DNA from: a virus
DNA length: 33,248 bases
Reading direction: 5' to 3' (one strand)
Virus record (IMG/VR): IMGVR_UViG_3300017779_000064
Position 1 is the stretch's first letter. Every line of letters starts with the position of its first letter. The position numbers and the translations under genes are program-made. Shown here one piece after another: positions 21,622 to 31,074 of the stretch. The notes under the pieces were generated by a model. That model was not told the DNA's origin. It made no database searches and saw only the letters and a list, made by a program, of their open reading frames with translations.

Positions 21622-24038
21622 GCGCCTACACTCACTTTATAATCGAGGGCCAAGACCGTGAAGAACACCGGCTGTGATTGGCTGATTGTTATCTGGGCAT
21701 CACGGCTGTAGCCGAGAAACCCCATTTGCTTTTTTGGGCCAGTGAAAGTCGGAACTGACCCGGTCCCAGATAGCGGCAGGGTTTGTAACTGAACTTCTTT
21801 GCCCTGGACCGTCAGGTTCTGCGTGTTGTCCAAAATCGGCGTCACCTCGACCACCCGCCGCCGGGCTGATTGACTAGAGCCGGATGCGGCCCTTGGCTCA
21901 AATGGCTGGGTGGTTACGGTCGGCGTGAAGGGCAAACCAACTTCAGCATATACACTAGGCACCCCGCCCAGTGTGACATTTCCGCTGGCCACCGTGTCGT
22001 TAGCGTCAACAATGTCGTCGCGCACTACGTTGACCACCTCGCCCTCAATGTGGCTGAGAGACCCCGCCGTTGTGTTGCTAGGCAGTGCTTGGTCAGGCGC
22101 GACCGGGTTGGCGTAGTATTGCAAGCTGCAATCGGTGGTGCGGTCATCGTCAAAGGTTTCAATGTAGTACTTGGCGGCACCGCCTATGGTGCGTTTGACA
22201 ATGCAATAAATGGTATCGCCATCCACCGCGACATCGATGAAATCACCATCGGTTGAGAACGTACTAGCCGCCACAATCTGTTGTGGGCGGTTCAGCATGA
22301 ACGCCGCGATATTACCCGCAAAGCCTGTGGAAGCGGCCCTGTAGCCCGTTGTAGATGTGCCGTTAACAACCAGCAACAAATCGCCCTCAGTGGTGTCTGT
22401 AGCCGGTCTAAGCGCCATCCGCTGTGGGTCCAGTATCATGTGCGAACAGAGCAAGCTGATGTTGTTGGCCACGTAGGAAAGTTCAACGTCAGAGAACAAC
22501 ATTTCTCTCAGCGCCTTGCCCTCTTTGGACATGAACAGCGTACCGCCTTCAGCCGCCTGTGGGCGCAATCCCAGCTTGGACCCGCGCCGGGTCGCAGACT
22601 TAACCGTTACGTTGCTCGGCGTAATTGGCGTGAGGTCGGCTTGAGGCACAAAGAACTCGGCCCCGGTAGTGAATATCTGGAGGTCACGGCCAGAGCGCAT
22701 AGCAGTAATTGCGTTTACACTATCGGTGCTGAGTGTCACCTTGATGGCGTCATCGTCCAAACCTTCTGATGCCTTGAACGAAAAGAAATTACCTACTTTG
22801 GAACCAAACAGCGTGGCTGGTTCTGAAGCACTGCCGCCGAGATACAAGCGACCTTCATGGAACGTACACGTTCTAGGCCATCCCCGGCTGTTGGAAAAAC
22901 TGTCTTCATAGCCCGCTTCAAGTTCCCATTGGGGCGTTGAAACAAAATCGGTGACTGCCAAGCGTGTGCTGTCGCTGGTGGTGACTACCAAGTTATTTGC
23001 CCCAGTGGTCGTTCTGGTGACAGTAACAGTGTCACCGGCGGGTTGTGCCGCCGTAAACCCAGTGCAGTTATTTATAGCAGTGGCAATCCGGTCAGCGGTC
23101 GTGTTGTTGCCGACAGCCGGGGCAAAGTCTGGCGTAGTGTCATCAACATTGTCGCTGTCGGTAGCATCAACAGCCAGGCTTGTAAGCGTAGTTGTTGTGC
23201 CGTCATTTTTCTTGAAAACGATGGTCGAGCCGGTCGCAATATTGGCGTAGTCGAAAACCTTTATTGTGAACGTGTTCGTTCTGTTTATCGGCGTTTCAGA
23301 CCGCGCAAATGGCACCTCGGTAATTACACGCACCTGGCGGGCGCTTACATATTCGGTAATGCGGGCACGGCCAAAATCGCTGAGAACATTGATGTACTGG
23401 TCAACGCTGGCGGCTGAAAATATGTCAGCATCGGCAGTCACTGTGACATTGCCGGTCGTGCCGTCAGGGGTGATTGATGCCGCTGGGTTTGTATTGTTCG
23501 CAGTGAATACCGTCTTGGGAACTGTCAGGGTCAGGGCTGCAATAGTCCAAGTCTGGTTGTTAGCCCCACGGGTAATTTTGAACGGCGCAAAGTTCTCATG
23601 TGTGCAAATCAGCGTGTCGGCGCTTTGCGTAAAATATAACTTCTGAAGGTCAAAGGCTGACACGCTGTACAATGTGCCGACCGAGTAATCTATGTACTCG
23701 TTGGTCGTACTGTTAAGGTTTTCTATCTGCGTCTGGTCGGCAAAGAAACGAAAGCGGATTGTTGAACTGGTGTTGTAGGCAGACGCCACAATCATAAATT
23801 TCTGGGTGGTCGAGAACTCAAACGGTATGAGGACCACCGAGTTGTTGGGATTGTCGGCAGTAAGGTCATGCAAGAACCGGGTGCCTGGGCGGCGAGAGAA
23901 CCCACCTTGAGGCTCGAACACAACATTGTCGGCAAGGTCCACGCTTGAATAGTATTGCTGCAAGTCAATGCGACCGCGCAACAACGGGTCCAGTTCACCG
24001 ACTGTGAAGGACGCTTGATATTGTTGCGTTCTACTCAT
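21618..24038 (-). CDS. Tail tubular protein B-like (nozzle) protein, 806 aa
   Basis: Size and position match T7 gp12. N-terminal FTVGELDPLLRGRIDLQQYYSSVDLADNVVFEPQGGFSRRPGT resembles the gp12-type N-terminus. Confidence 0.55.
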   Translation of the reverse strand: MSRTQQYQASFTVGELDPLLRGRIDLQQYYSSVDLADNVVFEPQGGFSRRPGTRFLHDLTADNPNNSVVLIPFEFSTTQKFMIVASAYNTSSTIRFRFFADQTQIENLNSTTNEYIDYSVGTLYSVSAFDLQKLYFTQSADTLICTHENFAPFKITRGANNQTWTIAALTLTVPKTVFTANNTNPAASITPDGTTGNVTVTADADIFSAASVDQYINVLSDFGRARITEYVSARQVRVITEVPFARSETPINRTNTFTIKVFDYANIATGSTIVFKKNDGTTTTLTSLAVDATDSDNVDDTTPDFAPAVGNNTTADRIATAINNCTGFTAAQPAGDTVTVTRTTTGANNLVVTTSDSTRLAVTDFVSTPQWELEAGYEDSFSNSRGWPRTCTFHEGRLYLGGSASEPATLFGSKVGNFFSFKASEGLDDDAIKVTLSTDSVNAITAMRSGRDLQIFTTGAEFFVPQADLTPITPSNVTVKSATRRGSKLGLRPQAAEGGTLFMSKEGKALREMLFSDVELSYVANNISLLCSHMILDPQRMALRPATDTTEGDLLLVVNGTSTTGYRAASTGFAGNIAAFMLNRPQQIVAASTFSTDGDFIDVAVDGDTIYCIVKRTIGGAAKYYIETFDDDRTTDCSLQYYANPVAPDQALPSNTTAGSLSHIEGEVVNVVRDDIVDANDTVASGNVTLGGVPSVYAEVGLPFTPTVTTQPFEPRAASGSSQSARRRVVEVTPILDNTQNLTVQGKEVQLQTLPLSGTGSVPTFTGPKKQMGFLGYSRDAQITISQSQPVFFTVLALDYKVSVGA

Positions 24039-24664
24039 CTGATGTCAGTCAGCAAGTAATCAGAGATAACGCTAGGCGGTGTGCCGGAACTATCCATAGA
24101 CATCGCTTGACGTAGCCAGCCGCCTCGGAAATTCTCTGCCGGTGAGCCAAGGGCAATGCCCCGCCAGTATTGGCTCTTTGTGGTCTGGTCAGTGATAACC
24201 TCGGCCAAGTGCCAGGCAAGCTGGTACACCATCAGGGTCACGAAGTAGGGCGGCATTTGCGCCTCTGGAACAGCCTTTTGGTAATCAATGAAAATGCTGG
24301 TCTCGTTAGTCATCAATACAGACAGACCGCCGATTGATTGGTTTATCTCGTAGGACCGCACCAATGGGGCATTAGCCGCCGAACTGGTACGCACTGCGCG
24401 AGGTACGCCGGTAAGCATGTCACTAGGTAGAATATATTCGTAGGTCCACTCACTAGCCGGAGTGTTGGTGCTTCTGGCCAGTTCAACCTTGGCCACCGTA
24501 AACGACCAAGAGAAGATGCCGAGAGTCGAATTTTTAACCATGTCATAAACAATGCTGCAAGCCTGAGAACCGGCAGTGCCATCGTCAAAAGATGAGATAC
24601 TTTCATCACCCAACAACAGTAGCGCCTGATTGCAAATAGATATGCTTGTATCGCCCTGGGCCAT
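24035..24664 (-). CDS. Tail tubular protein A-like (adaptor/gatekeeper) protein, 209 aa
   Basis: Size and position match T7 gp11, between the head genes and the nozzle gene. Confidence 0.45.
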   Translation of the reverse strand: MAQGDTSISICNQALLLLGDESISSFDDGTAGSQACSIVYDMVKNSTLGIFSWSFTVAKVELARSTNTPASEWTYEYILPSDMLTGVPRAVRTSSAANAPLVRSYEINQSIGGLSVLMTNETSIFIDYQKAVPEAQMPPYFVTLMVYQLAWHLAEVITDQTTKSQYWRGIALGSPAENFRGGWLRQAMSMDSSGTPPSVISDYLLTDIR

Positions 24665-24715
24665 GTATCAACTCCAATAGGTACGAGGGCGGTTTGCCCG
24701 CCCCCGTAGTCAGTA

Positions 24716-24997
24716 TTAGTCGCTGTCAGTAACCGCGATTGTCACGCCGTCACCTACGTCAACCACGCCTGATGCGTTAGAAAGTACAACATGGTGGCTT
24801 GCCGTAGCGGTGCCCCCGGTTGAGGCGTAGGAGTAAATGAGGTCACCCACTACTACGTCACCAGACACATCATTGAAGTAGCCCGCACCATCAACAACCG
24901 TTTTGGCGTCAGTGGTGGTGTAGGACCACATTTGAGGCGCTTTGCCCCGTTTGGATTGGCCACCAATCGGTGACCAGTTCGCTCTGTCAAAAGCCAT
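24716..24997 (-). CDS. Small head-associated protein (93 aa; possible decoration or head-tail protein)
   Basis: Starts 2 nt after the capsid gene. Gly/Val/Thr-rich beta-type composition. Confidence 0.4.
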   Translation of the reverse strand: MAFDRANWSPIGGQSKRGKAPQMWSYTTTDAKTVVDGAGYFNDVSGDVVVGDLIYSYASTGGTATASHHVVLSNASGVVDVGDGVTIAVTDSD

Positions 24998-24999
24998 GA

Positions 25000-25854
25000 T
25001 TAAGCCTCCCTGGTTGTGACATCGACGATGCCAGCCGCATCAATTGCGACAGCACCCATTGACAGACATGCAGCAACCAAGAACGAAGTTTTCTCAGCGA
25101 TGTAGTCAATCTTTGTCGTTGGTGCCATTCCGACTGCACAACCGATGGCGCTCTTGTGGAACGCAAAGTTTGTGCGGTCACTTGAGCCGTCAATTGCCAA
25201 CCCGCCTTCGTCGCGGTCACCAAGAACGTGCATGGTGAAGCCCATAAACGTGTTGATGTCTCCACGCTGCAATGCTTGCAGTGAATTGAAATCAGACGAA
25301 ACAGCCCGCTCGTCACCAAGCAATGCGGCAAGGCCGTTTGCGTGGATTACCATGTGGCGGTCGGTGCTTGGCACGTTAGCTGCGTTCAGTGCTTTAGCAG
25401 CCGCAATAATCTTACCAACGTTAAGGTCAGATGCAGCGGCAGAGCCTGATGTTACAACCGTATTGGCCACCGTGGTGCCCGCTGATGCTGCCGCGATTGC
25501 GTCCAGAATAAGCTGGTCTTGGCGGCGTCCGATTGCGGACCCAACAACTTGCGCTAACTCGGAACGCTCGTCAAAGTTCACCTTTTGCTGATTGAAGATG
25601 TCACTGTACTCTGCAGCGATATAATCCTGCAATGTACAGCTAACGGTCGCAAAATCGGTATTAAGGGGCACTACATCAGTTTGCGGAGAACGCAGTGATG
25701 CGGAACCCTTTCCAACGGTCGGGAAGTTGACGGTCGAACCTTCAACTCCTGTTCTTGTGCGTACTGTGCCAGCCAGCATTGAGGTGCCCTGATAGGCCTG
25801 TTTGACCTCGGCATCAAATAGCTGGACAAACGCTGGGGAAAGTCCTGTAGACAT
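25000..25854 (-). CDS. Major capsid protein (284 aa)
   Basis: Follows the scaffold gene, with a strong AGGAGA RBS. Sequence FVQLFDAEVKQAYQG...VNFPTVGKG...DFNSLQALQRGDINTFMGFTMHV is typical of small podoviral capsid proteins. Confidence 0.65.
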   Translation of the reverse strand: MSTGLSPAFVQLFDAEVKQAYQGTSMLAGTVRTRTGVEGSTVNFPTVGKGSASLRSPQTDVVPLNTDFATVSCTLQDYIAAEYSDIFNQQKVNFDERSELAQVVGSAIGRRQDQLILDAIAAASAGTTVANTVVTSGSAAASDLNVGKIIAAAKALNAANVPSTDRHMVIHANGLAALLGDERAVSSDFNSLQALQRGDINTFMGFTMHVLGDRDEGGLAIDGSSDRTNFAFHKSAIGCAVGMAPTTKIDYIAEKTSFLVAACLSMGAVAIDAAGIVDVTTREA

Positions 25855-26012
25855 GATTGTCTCCTGATTAAACCAAAAATTCGCGTCTGGTTATCGGGAG
25901 AACTCCCGGCCTCTACGTGTGAGGACCGGCCCAAAAAGGGTTGTCAGTCAAAACCGCCTTACACGATTTTGCACAATGTGTAAATACTAGGTGCTACTTT
26001 TGATGTGTGTAC

Positions 26013-26055
26013 AAAAAATGGGGAGCAAGACAAGGACGAGAAAACCTTGCCCCCC
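26013..26055 (-). terminator. Intrinsic-terminator-like hairpin with a U6 tail between the scaffold and capsid genes
   Basis: Minus-strand RNA reads GGGGGGCAAG-(16 nt)-CUUGCUCCCC-AUUUUUUG. Arms at 26046..26055 and 26020..26029 (9 of 10 bp). A-run at 26013..26018 on the plus strand. Confidence 0.55.
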
Positions 26056-26093
26056 AAGGTGCGCCAAGCTGGGAGGAGACCTGGCGAGGCGAA

Positions 26094-26867
26094 CTAACCA
26101 AATCGGCGGTTAAACTCATTCTCAACTTTTTGGCGATACGCTGGGTCACTTTGATAGCGTGGGTCAGCCATGCGGCTTTGCATCTCGACCGCAAAATCTG
26201 CCTCAGATAGTTGGTCTTCCGCGACCGGGGCCAGCGGTATCTTGGACATATCGCCGGTCATAGTGCGAACTTTCTGCATCAGCCGCTGGCCAATGGCCGT
26301 GCCGCCCCAGTTGTTCAATTCAGCGCGTTCATCTTCTGTGACAATGCCCTTACGAACCAGACCGTCAGCCCAAGTCACATTGCTTTTAATTATCTCGTTG
26401 GCATTAGGTCCAAGAGCCTCATGCTCTGCTTTGTAGTCAGCTTCAGCCGCCGCCACGTTCTCGCCGGACATCTGCGTGATGGCACCGGCCAGTTCGTCAA
26501 ATGCCTCTTGGTTGACGTTGTACTTCTTGGCCCAGCCTAGATAGGTATCGACCACCGGGTCATCCAACTCATAACCTGCCTCGGTCAGCACATCGGTTGA
26601 GTATTCATCCGGCGCTTTGTGCTTTCCCTGAGAGAATTTCTTTTGCAGTTCGTCATAGCTTTTCGCTAGGTCTTCCGGCTTGGCGAACTTTTCGTCGAGC
26701 CACGCTGGTCGTTCCTCTTTTGGCGGCTTCTCATCCTCGACGCGGTGCGGCATTGCCTCATCTGCGACCTCACTTTCTGGCTCAGAACTTGACACGCCTT
26801 CCATAAGGCTTGCTGGTTCCGGCGTTTCAGTCTCGGCCACTGTTTGACCTTCATCATTTAAAGTCAT
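26094..26867 (-). CDS. Scaffolding (capsid assembly) protein
   Basis: Acidic, helical, 257 aa. KFAKPEDLAKSYDELQKKF motif typical of T7-like scaffolds. Lies between portal and capsid. Confidence 0.65.
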   Translation of the reverse strand: MTLNDEGQTVAETETPEPASLMEGVSSSEPESEVADEAMPHRVEDEKPPKEERPAWLDEKFAKPEDLAKSYDELQKKFSQGKHKAPDEYSTDVLTEAGYELDDPVVDTYLGWAKKYNVNQEAFDELAGAITQMSGENVAAAEADYKAEHEALGPNANEIIKSNVTWADGLVRKGIVTEDERAELNNWGGTAIGQRLMQKVRTMTGDMSKIPLAPVAEDQLSEADFAVEMQSRMADPRYQSDPAYRQKVENEFNRRFG

Positions 26868-27153
26868 CGGCTCTTTTCACTCGCTGAATTATTTCTCTAA
26901 CGATGCTGTTCTGACCTTCGCGGGCATAGCCGTAGCTTTCATGTGCGCCCGGTGACCAACAAGGCTGGTCAAGCGTTTGGGCATGTAGGTGCGCCAAGAC
27001 TTGCTTGCCCGCCGGTGTGGTAAAGGTGCGTTTGAAGTTAAGGTCCATCTCGCGCATCAGGTCGAGAGGTTCTAGTTTGACCGGCTGGGCCTCGGCGTTA
27101 ACGCCATCCCAACCAGGGGAGTTTATGCTTCGAATACGTTGGGCGTTGTTCAT
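26854..27153 (-). CDS. Hypothetical protein (99 aa) between portal and scaffold
   Basis: ORF track. Overlapping start and stop codons with both neighbours. Confidence 0.45.
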   Translation of the reverse strand: MNNAQRIRSINSPGWDGVNAEAQPVKLEPLDLMREMDLNFKRTFTTPAGKQVLAHLHAQTLDQPCWSPGAHESYGYAREGQNSIVREIIQRVKRADDFK

Positions 27154-28700
27154 GCTTGTGGTGCCTCAGTTGGCGGTGCCCCGCCCATCTCTTGTTCGGC
27201 CATCATGGCGGCAGCTTCTGCCATCTGCGCTTGCATCTCAGCGCGTTCTTCTAACGTGGTGCGTAGGTCTGCCGGAATGCCAAGCTGGTCAGCAATGTAA
27301 TCGCCAACAGCATCCATTTTGATGAGTGTTTGGCCGACCGGGCCTAGTGCTTGGCTTATCTGCATAAACTGCATAATCTCACCCAACCTCTCCGCATTGT
27401 TGGCCATAGCCAGCGGCGATTGTGGAACGACTGTCACCTCTAGGCCGTTCACTTTGAGGGGCAGTTCAATCATCCCCATCTCGTCCATCAGTTCTAGCGA
27501 CCGGCGCACGATTGGAAACATTGTCTCGCTGATTAAACGACCAAACGCGGATCCGAGGTTCTGGGAAAGTTCAGACAGTTTTGCGTTTATTTCAGTAGCC
27601 GACCTGGCGCTCATATTCTCAGGCGTCAGGCTCTCGTCCAGCAAGGCTTTCTTGATGTTGGTGCGTAGGTCATTGGCCACAATCTGGGACAGGTTCGCAT
27701 CGCCACTACGGGGCAGGGGCGTCAGGCTTGGACCGCGTGGCCCACCGTTACTTGACACGCCTATGACCGCACCCGGCACAATGGAGATTGTTTGCGGGTT
27801 AAGCACACCGTCATCGACCGCCGTAAACACGCCACCGATACTTATGCTGGCATTCTTGAGCGTGAGTTCAACGACCTTGTTCAATGTGCGAATGTCAGCC
27901 AAGGCATACAATACCGGGCCGCGACCGTACCGCTCGTTGCTTGCTTTCATGTAGCGGCTTATTACCCACGGCCATGATTTCAGGTCGCGGTGGACCAGCT
28001 TGTCATCGCCCTCGGCAGTGACGAGGCAATAGTACATCTGGCCATCGATGGTGTAGGTGGCCTCAATCAAGCCAACCTTCTTGGTCGGGTCTTCGGCGGC
28101 ATCGTCAATCATCCGCTGTGGAATGTTGGCGTCAGGCCACTCGCGTTGGATTACATTGAACGGTCGGTTCAGCTTGCGATAGACCGTGTCAGGAACCCCG
28201 TTGGGGCCTTCGTCAAAGCAAATATGATAGGAGGGCACAGCCGTGTAGCGTATCGGCGTCAGAGTATCGCCGGGCTGTATCAGCATAACCGAGGTGCCGA
28301 CCGCGAGGTCAAGCAAAAATTCCCCCATCGCTAGGTCAAAACCTGATTGCATCATCACGGCAAACATTTTTTCGGTGTAGAAGTCTAGGACTTGCTGGGC
28401 CTCAATCTTTTGCCCTTCGGGAATGTCATTGCCCGGCTGCAAACGGCACCAAGGACGCTGGGGAGGAAACAGCGAGGACTGAATACGGTTCGCAAAGCGG
28501 GCGGTCGAGTGAATGGCGGTTGAGTCAAAGACACGGCGCATTTTGTTTTGCCCAGGTGTGCCGCTTTCAGCATAGCCATCGTACAGATTACGCATCGGCA
28601 AAGCGAACTCGTAAGCCTCTTCATAGATGCTGCGCCACTCTTCTTTGTGAGCGTTGCAACGGGCGTACCGCTTCTTGATGTCCTCAACCGAGAGTACCAT
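27150..28700 (-). CDS. Portal protein (T7 gp8-type head-to-tail connector)
   Basis: NERYGRGPVLYALADIRTLNKV aligns with T7 ESYGRSYIEEYLGDLRSLENL. ARSATEINAKLSELSQNLGSAFGRL aligns with T7 ERVTAEEIRYVASELEDTLGGVYSIL. 516 aa. Confidence 0.85.
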   Translation of the reverse strand: MVLSVEDIKKRYARCNAHKEEWRSIYEEAYEFALPMRNLYDGYAESGTPGQNKMRRVFDSTAIHSTARFANRIQSSLFPPQRPWCRLQPGNDIPEGQKIEAQQVLDFYTEKMFAVMMQSGFDLAMGEFLLDLAVGTSVMLIQPGDTLTPIRYTAVPSYHICFDEGPNGVPDTVYRKLNRPFNVIQREWPDANIPQRMIDDAAEDPTKKVGLIEATYTIDGQMYYCLVTAEGDDKLVHRDLKSWPWVISRYMKASNERYGRGPVLYALADIRTLNKVVELTLKNASISIGGVFTAVDDGVLNPQTISIVPGAVIGVSSNGGPRGPSLTPLPRSGDANLSQIVANDLRTNIKKALLDESLTPENMSARSATEINAKLSELSQNLGSAFGRLISETMFPIVRRSLELMDEMGMIELPLKVNGLEVTVVPQSPLAMANNAERLGEIMQFMQISQALGPVGQTLIKMDAVGDYIADQLGIPADLRTTLEERAEMQAQMAEAAAMMAEQEMGGAPPTEAPQA

Positions 28701-28703
28701 TAC

Positions 28704-28805
28704 TTACCCTTTTTTACCTTCTTTGTCGGCTTTTTGGGCGGCTTTTTTTGACCGTACATCGTCTTTCACCTTTGTGTGCTTGGGGTTTCGTCGGTAGGTT
28801 TTCAT
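28704..28805 (-). CDS. Tiny lysine-rich ORF (33 aa)
   Basis: Manual translation gives MKTYRRNPKHTKVKDDVRSKKAAQKADKEGKKG. It exactly fills the gap between the MGGLFSS ORF and the portal gene. Confidence 0.3.
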   Translation of the reverse strand: MKTYRRNPKHTKVKDDVRSKKAAQKADKEGKKG

Positions 28806-28807
28806 CG

Positions 28808-29077
28808 TCACCCTCGCGGGTTCCGGCCAGTGCCTAGAATGCGGGAGAGAACTTGCCGACCGGGTCCGGCATCACCGGGTGCCACGCCTTGGGCCATCAG
28901 CATACGCCGACCGCCGCTACTCTTGGACCGTCGACGAGCCTGTATTTTCTTCTGTTCAGTTTTTTCCTGACGGTCGGCTGTTTCTTCCTGGCGGGCCACT
29001 CGTTGCTCAGTTGCCGTCTCAACGGGAGACGGTGGTGGTGGTGGTGCTGGCGCCCTGCTACTGAATAAACCGCCCAT
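28808..29077 (-). CDS. Small Pro/Arg-rich protein starting MGGLFSS (89 aa)
   Basis: Internal ATG at 29077. MGGLFSSRAPAPPPPPSPVETATEQRVARQEE... Confidence 0.4.
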   Translation of the reverse strand: MGGLFSSRAPAPPPPPSPVETATEQRVARQEETADRQEKTEQKKIQARRRSKSSGGRRMLMAQGVAPGDAGPGRQVLSRILGTGRNPRG

Positions 29078-29567
29078 GAAACAATCTCCCGTACATGTAG
29101 TAGTCCGCACCATCAGGGCCGTAGCGCCTCAAGGTGCCTTCGCGCTGAAAATAGCAGCGTTCTGCCCACATACAAGCGGTAGCATTTGCTGAGTGTACAC
29201 TAAATTGCAGCCTTTTTATCTTCATTCGCTTAGAAACGTGGTTAAAAAAGGCCAATGAACCACGATGCAAGGGCACAACCTTGCGCCCAATGTCCGCGCT
29301 GGGGATAAGCCAAGCCTCACAAACGCCCGGCCATAATTGCCAAACGCCAAACATGGCAGAGATGCCGTCACGGTCCAAGACAGAAAACGCCAAGCCAGCG
29401 TTCGCGTAGGTCTCCAAGTACTGCTTGTAGTCCGCAAACAGTTCAATATTGGCGGCGTCAAACTCGTTCAATTCGCACATGTCCAAGTGATGGGGATACC
29501 AGCGGACCACACGGTTATCCCGTTGCATCCGCATAACCTCGTTAAGTTCAGCTATTGAAAACGTCAA
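29058..29567 (-). CDS. GNAT-fold acetyltransferase-like protein (DUF2833-like)
   Basis: C-terminal ...LQFSVHSANATACMWAERCYFQREGTLRRYGPDGADYYMYGRL resembles the GNAT beta4-alpha3...beta7 region, and ...VWQLWPGVCEAWLIP... is also present. Family assignment is from memory. Confidence 0.45.
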   Translation of the reverse strand: MTFSIAELNEVMRMQRDNRVVRWYPHHLDMCELNEFDAANIELFADYKQYLETYANAGLAFSVLDRDGISAMFGVWQLWPGVCEAWLIPSADIGRKVVPLHRGSLAFFNHVSKRMKIKRLQFSVHSANATACMWAERCYFQREGTLRRYGPDGADYYMYGRLFHGRFIQ

Positions 29568-31074
29568 AGTCCAACACCTTTGCTTGTTTGAACGACCCGC
29601 CGGAAGGCATCGGGCGTTTCGTCATGATTTTATGCTCAGAACCCAAGAGACAATAGCCCGCCGCATCGCCAACGTGTGAATGCTCATTTTTGTTTGGAGC
29701 GTCCCGAAACCGCTCTTGCCCCGCACCAATGCTGACCCGCCGGAAGTGATACCCGCCGCCCAAAGACTTGCGTGTGCGTATGCACTTTCTATCAACCAGC
29801 AACCCCGGCTTGCCATCAATCAATCGGCCCATCGGCATAGCCAAAGCCTCGCGCCGCGTCTTAAAATCATTGGTTGCCGTAGGCTGGGCCAAGATGCCGT
29901 GCGTCTTCAAATGGTCAAAAGACGTTGTCTCAAATATCTGGTCCCTTTGCATACCGGCAGGGTCACCCCACACCAAGGTGCTGTAGCCAGGAAACCGAGA
30001 AGACAAGTCAGCCTTGAGCGAAGAACAAAACCGTTCCAAGCCCATCTCAAACGTCACCAACTCATGCAGGATATGCCAGCGGCCATTCTTTAATCTCTGA
30101 GCAAACACCGCCGCCGGGGTCAAACCAAAGTCTAGGCCCACATGTACCGGCAGGGACGGGTCAGGCTCCAAATCAGCGGTCATCAAGTTATCGTTAAACT
30201 CAGGCCAAACGGCCCGCCCTTCCTGCACAAACGTGTACTTGCCCTCAGCATAGCACTGTATCCAATCCAGCCGCTTGCCGCCCAGCAATTGCTCATAGTA
30301 CCCATCGGGAAGGTTAACTAAGTTCTCGGCGTTTGGATTGGTCTGCCACCACTTCCCAGCTTGAAACAAATAACCCTGCGCCTCTGGCATACTTTCCGGC
30401 AGTTCCTCTAGCGGCACCTCAATCACACCGCCTGGTTGCTTAAAAAAATCCCAGCGAAATTTACCACCCGGCTTTTCCTTCTCGCCAAGATGATAATACC
30501 AATGGTCGCTATCCATAGGGTTCGTATCCAAGATAACGCCCCGCCAGGTCGCACCGCCATCAGCCTTGGTTGGAAACCGCCCAACCCGGTGCGTCAGGCC
30601 ATCCACAATGCTCTTCGGCAGTTCGCGGCACTCGTTTACCCAACTCCCCGTTAGTTCTAGGCTGAGAAGTTTACGAACGTCTTTCGGGTCATCCAACGCC
30701 AAGAAGATAACCTCCATATCAATCCCAGCGGCACCCTCCCTAGACGGCAACTTGATGTGGTGCGTGATGGGCGGGCTATGCTTAACCGGCCCAAACGTAT
30801 CCTCCGGCAACAACTCCAACCAAGTCTTGAGCGTTGTAGTCTTCAGCATAGGGTGCGTGTTGCGGACAATCGCCCAGCGCGAATACTTGATGCCGTCCCT
30901 GGGACTAGCCTTCTGAGCAACAGCCCGCCGGAATATCTCAGCGCAGCAAGCGTACGACTTGCCAGACCCAACCGGCCCCATGATGCCCCTGACGAACGCA
31001 TCAGACTTAAAGAACCTCGCCACAGTGGGCGAAGAACTGAAGTTTAACTTTAATCCGGCTACTGGCTTAACCAT
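29548..31074 (-). CDS. terL: Terminase large subunit
   Basis: Walker A GPVGSGKSY. Walker-B-like LSLELTGSWVNE. C-terminal nuclease-region acidic residues. 508 aa. Confidence 0.85.
   Translation of the reverse strand: MVKPVAGLKLNFSSSPTVARFFKSDAFVRGIMGPVGSGKSYACCAEIFRRAVAQKASPRDGIKYSRWAIVRNTHPMLKTTTLKTWLELLPEDTFGPVKHSPPITHHIKLPSREGAAGIDMEVIFLALDDPKDVRKLLSLELTGSWVNECRELPKSIVDGLTHRVGRFPTKADGGATWRGVILDTNPMDSDHWYYHLGEKEKPGGKFRWDFFKQPGGVIEVPLEELPESMPEAQGYLFQAGKWWQTNPNAENLVNLPDGYYEQLLGGKRLDWIQCYAEGKYTFVQEGRAVWPEFNDNLMTADLEPDPSLPVHVGLDFGLTPAAVFAQRLKNGRWHILHELVTFEMGLERFCSSLKADLSSRFPGYSTLVWGDPAGMQRDQIFETTSFDHLKTHGILAQPTATNDFKTRREALAMPMGRLIDGKPGLLVDRKCIRTRKSLGGGYHFRRVSIGAGQERFRDAPNKNEHSHVGDAAGYCLLGSEHKIMTKRPMPSGGSFKQAKVLDFDVFNS

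Noticed and set aside
24687-24703. Terminator after the small post-capsid gene (GGGCGG-tttgc-CCGCCC)
   Set aside because: The stem is only 6 bp, and on the transcribed strand it is followed by UCGUACCUAUUGG, not a U-tract. That is too weak to call.
24987-25331. 114-aa same-strand alternative-frame ORF inside the capsid gene
   Set aside because: No motifs, odd composition, no start context. It serves as the background benchmark for chance alternative-frame ORF length in this genome.
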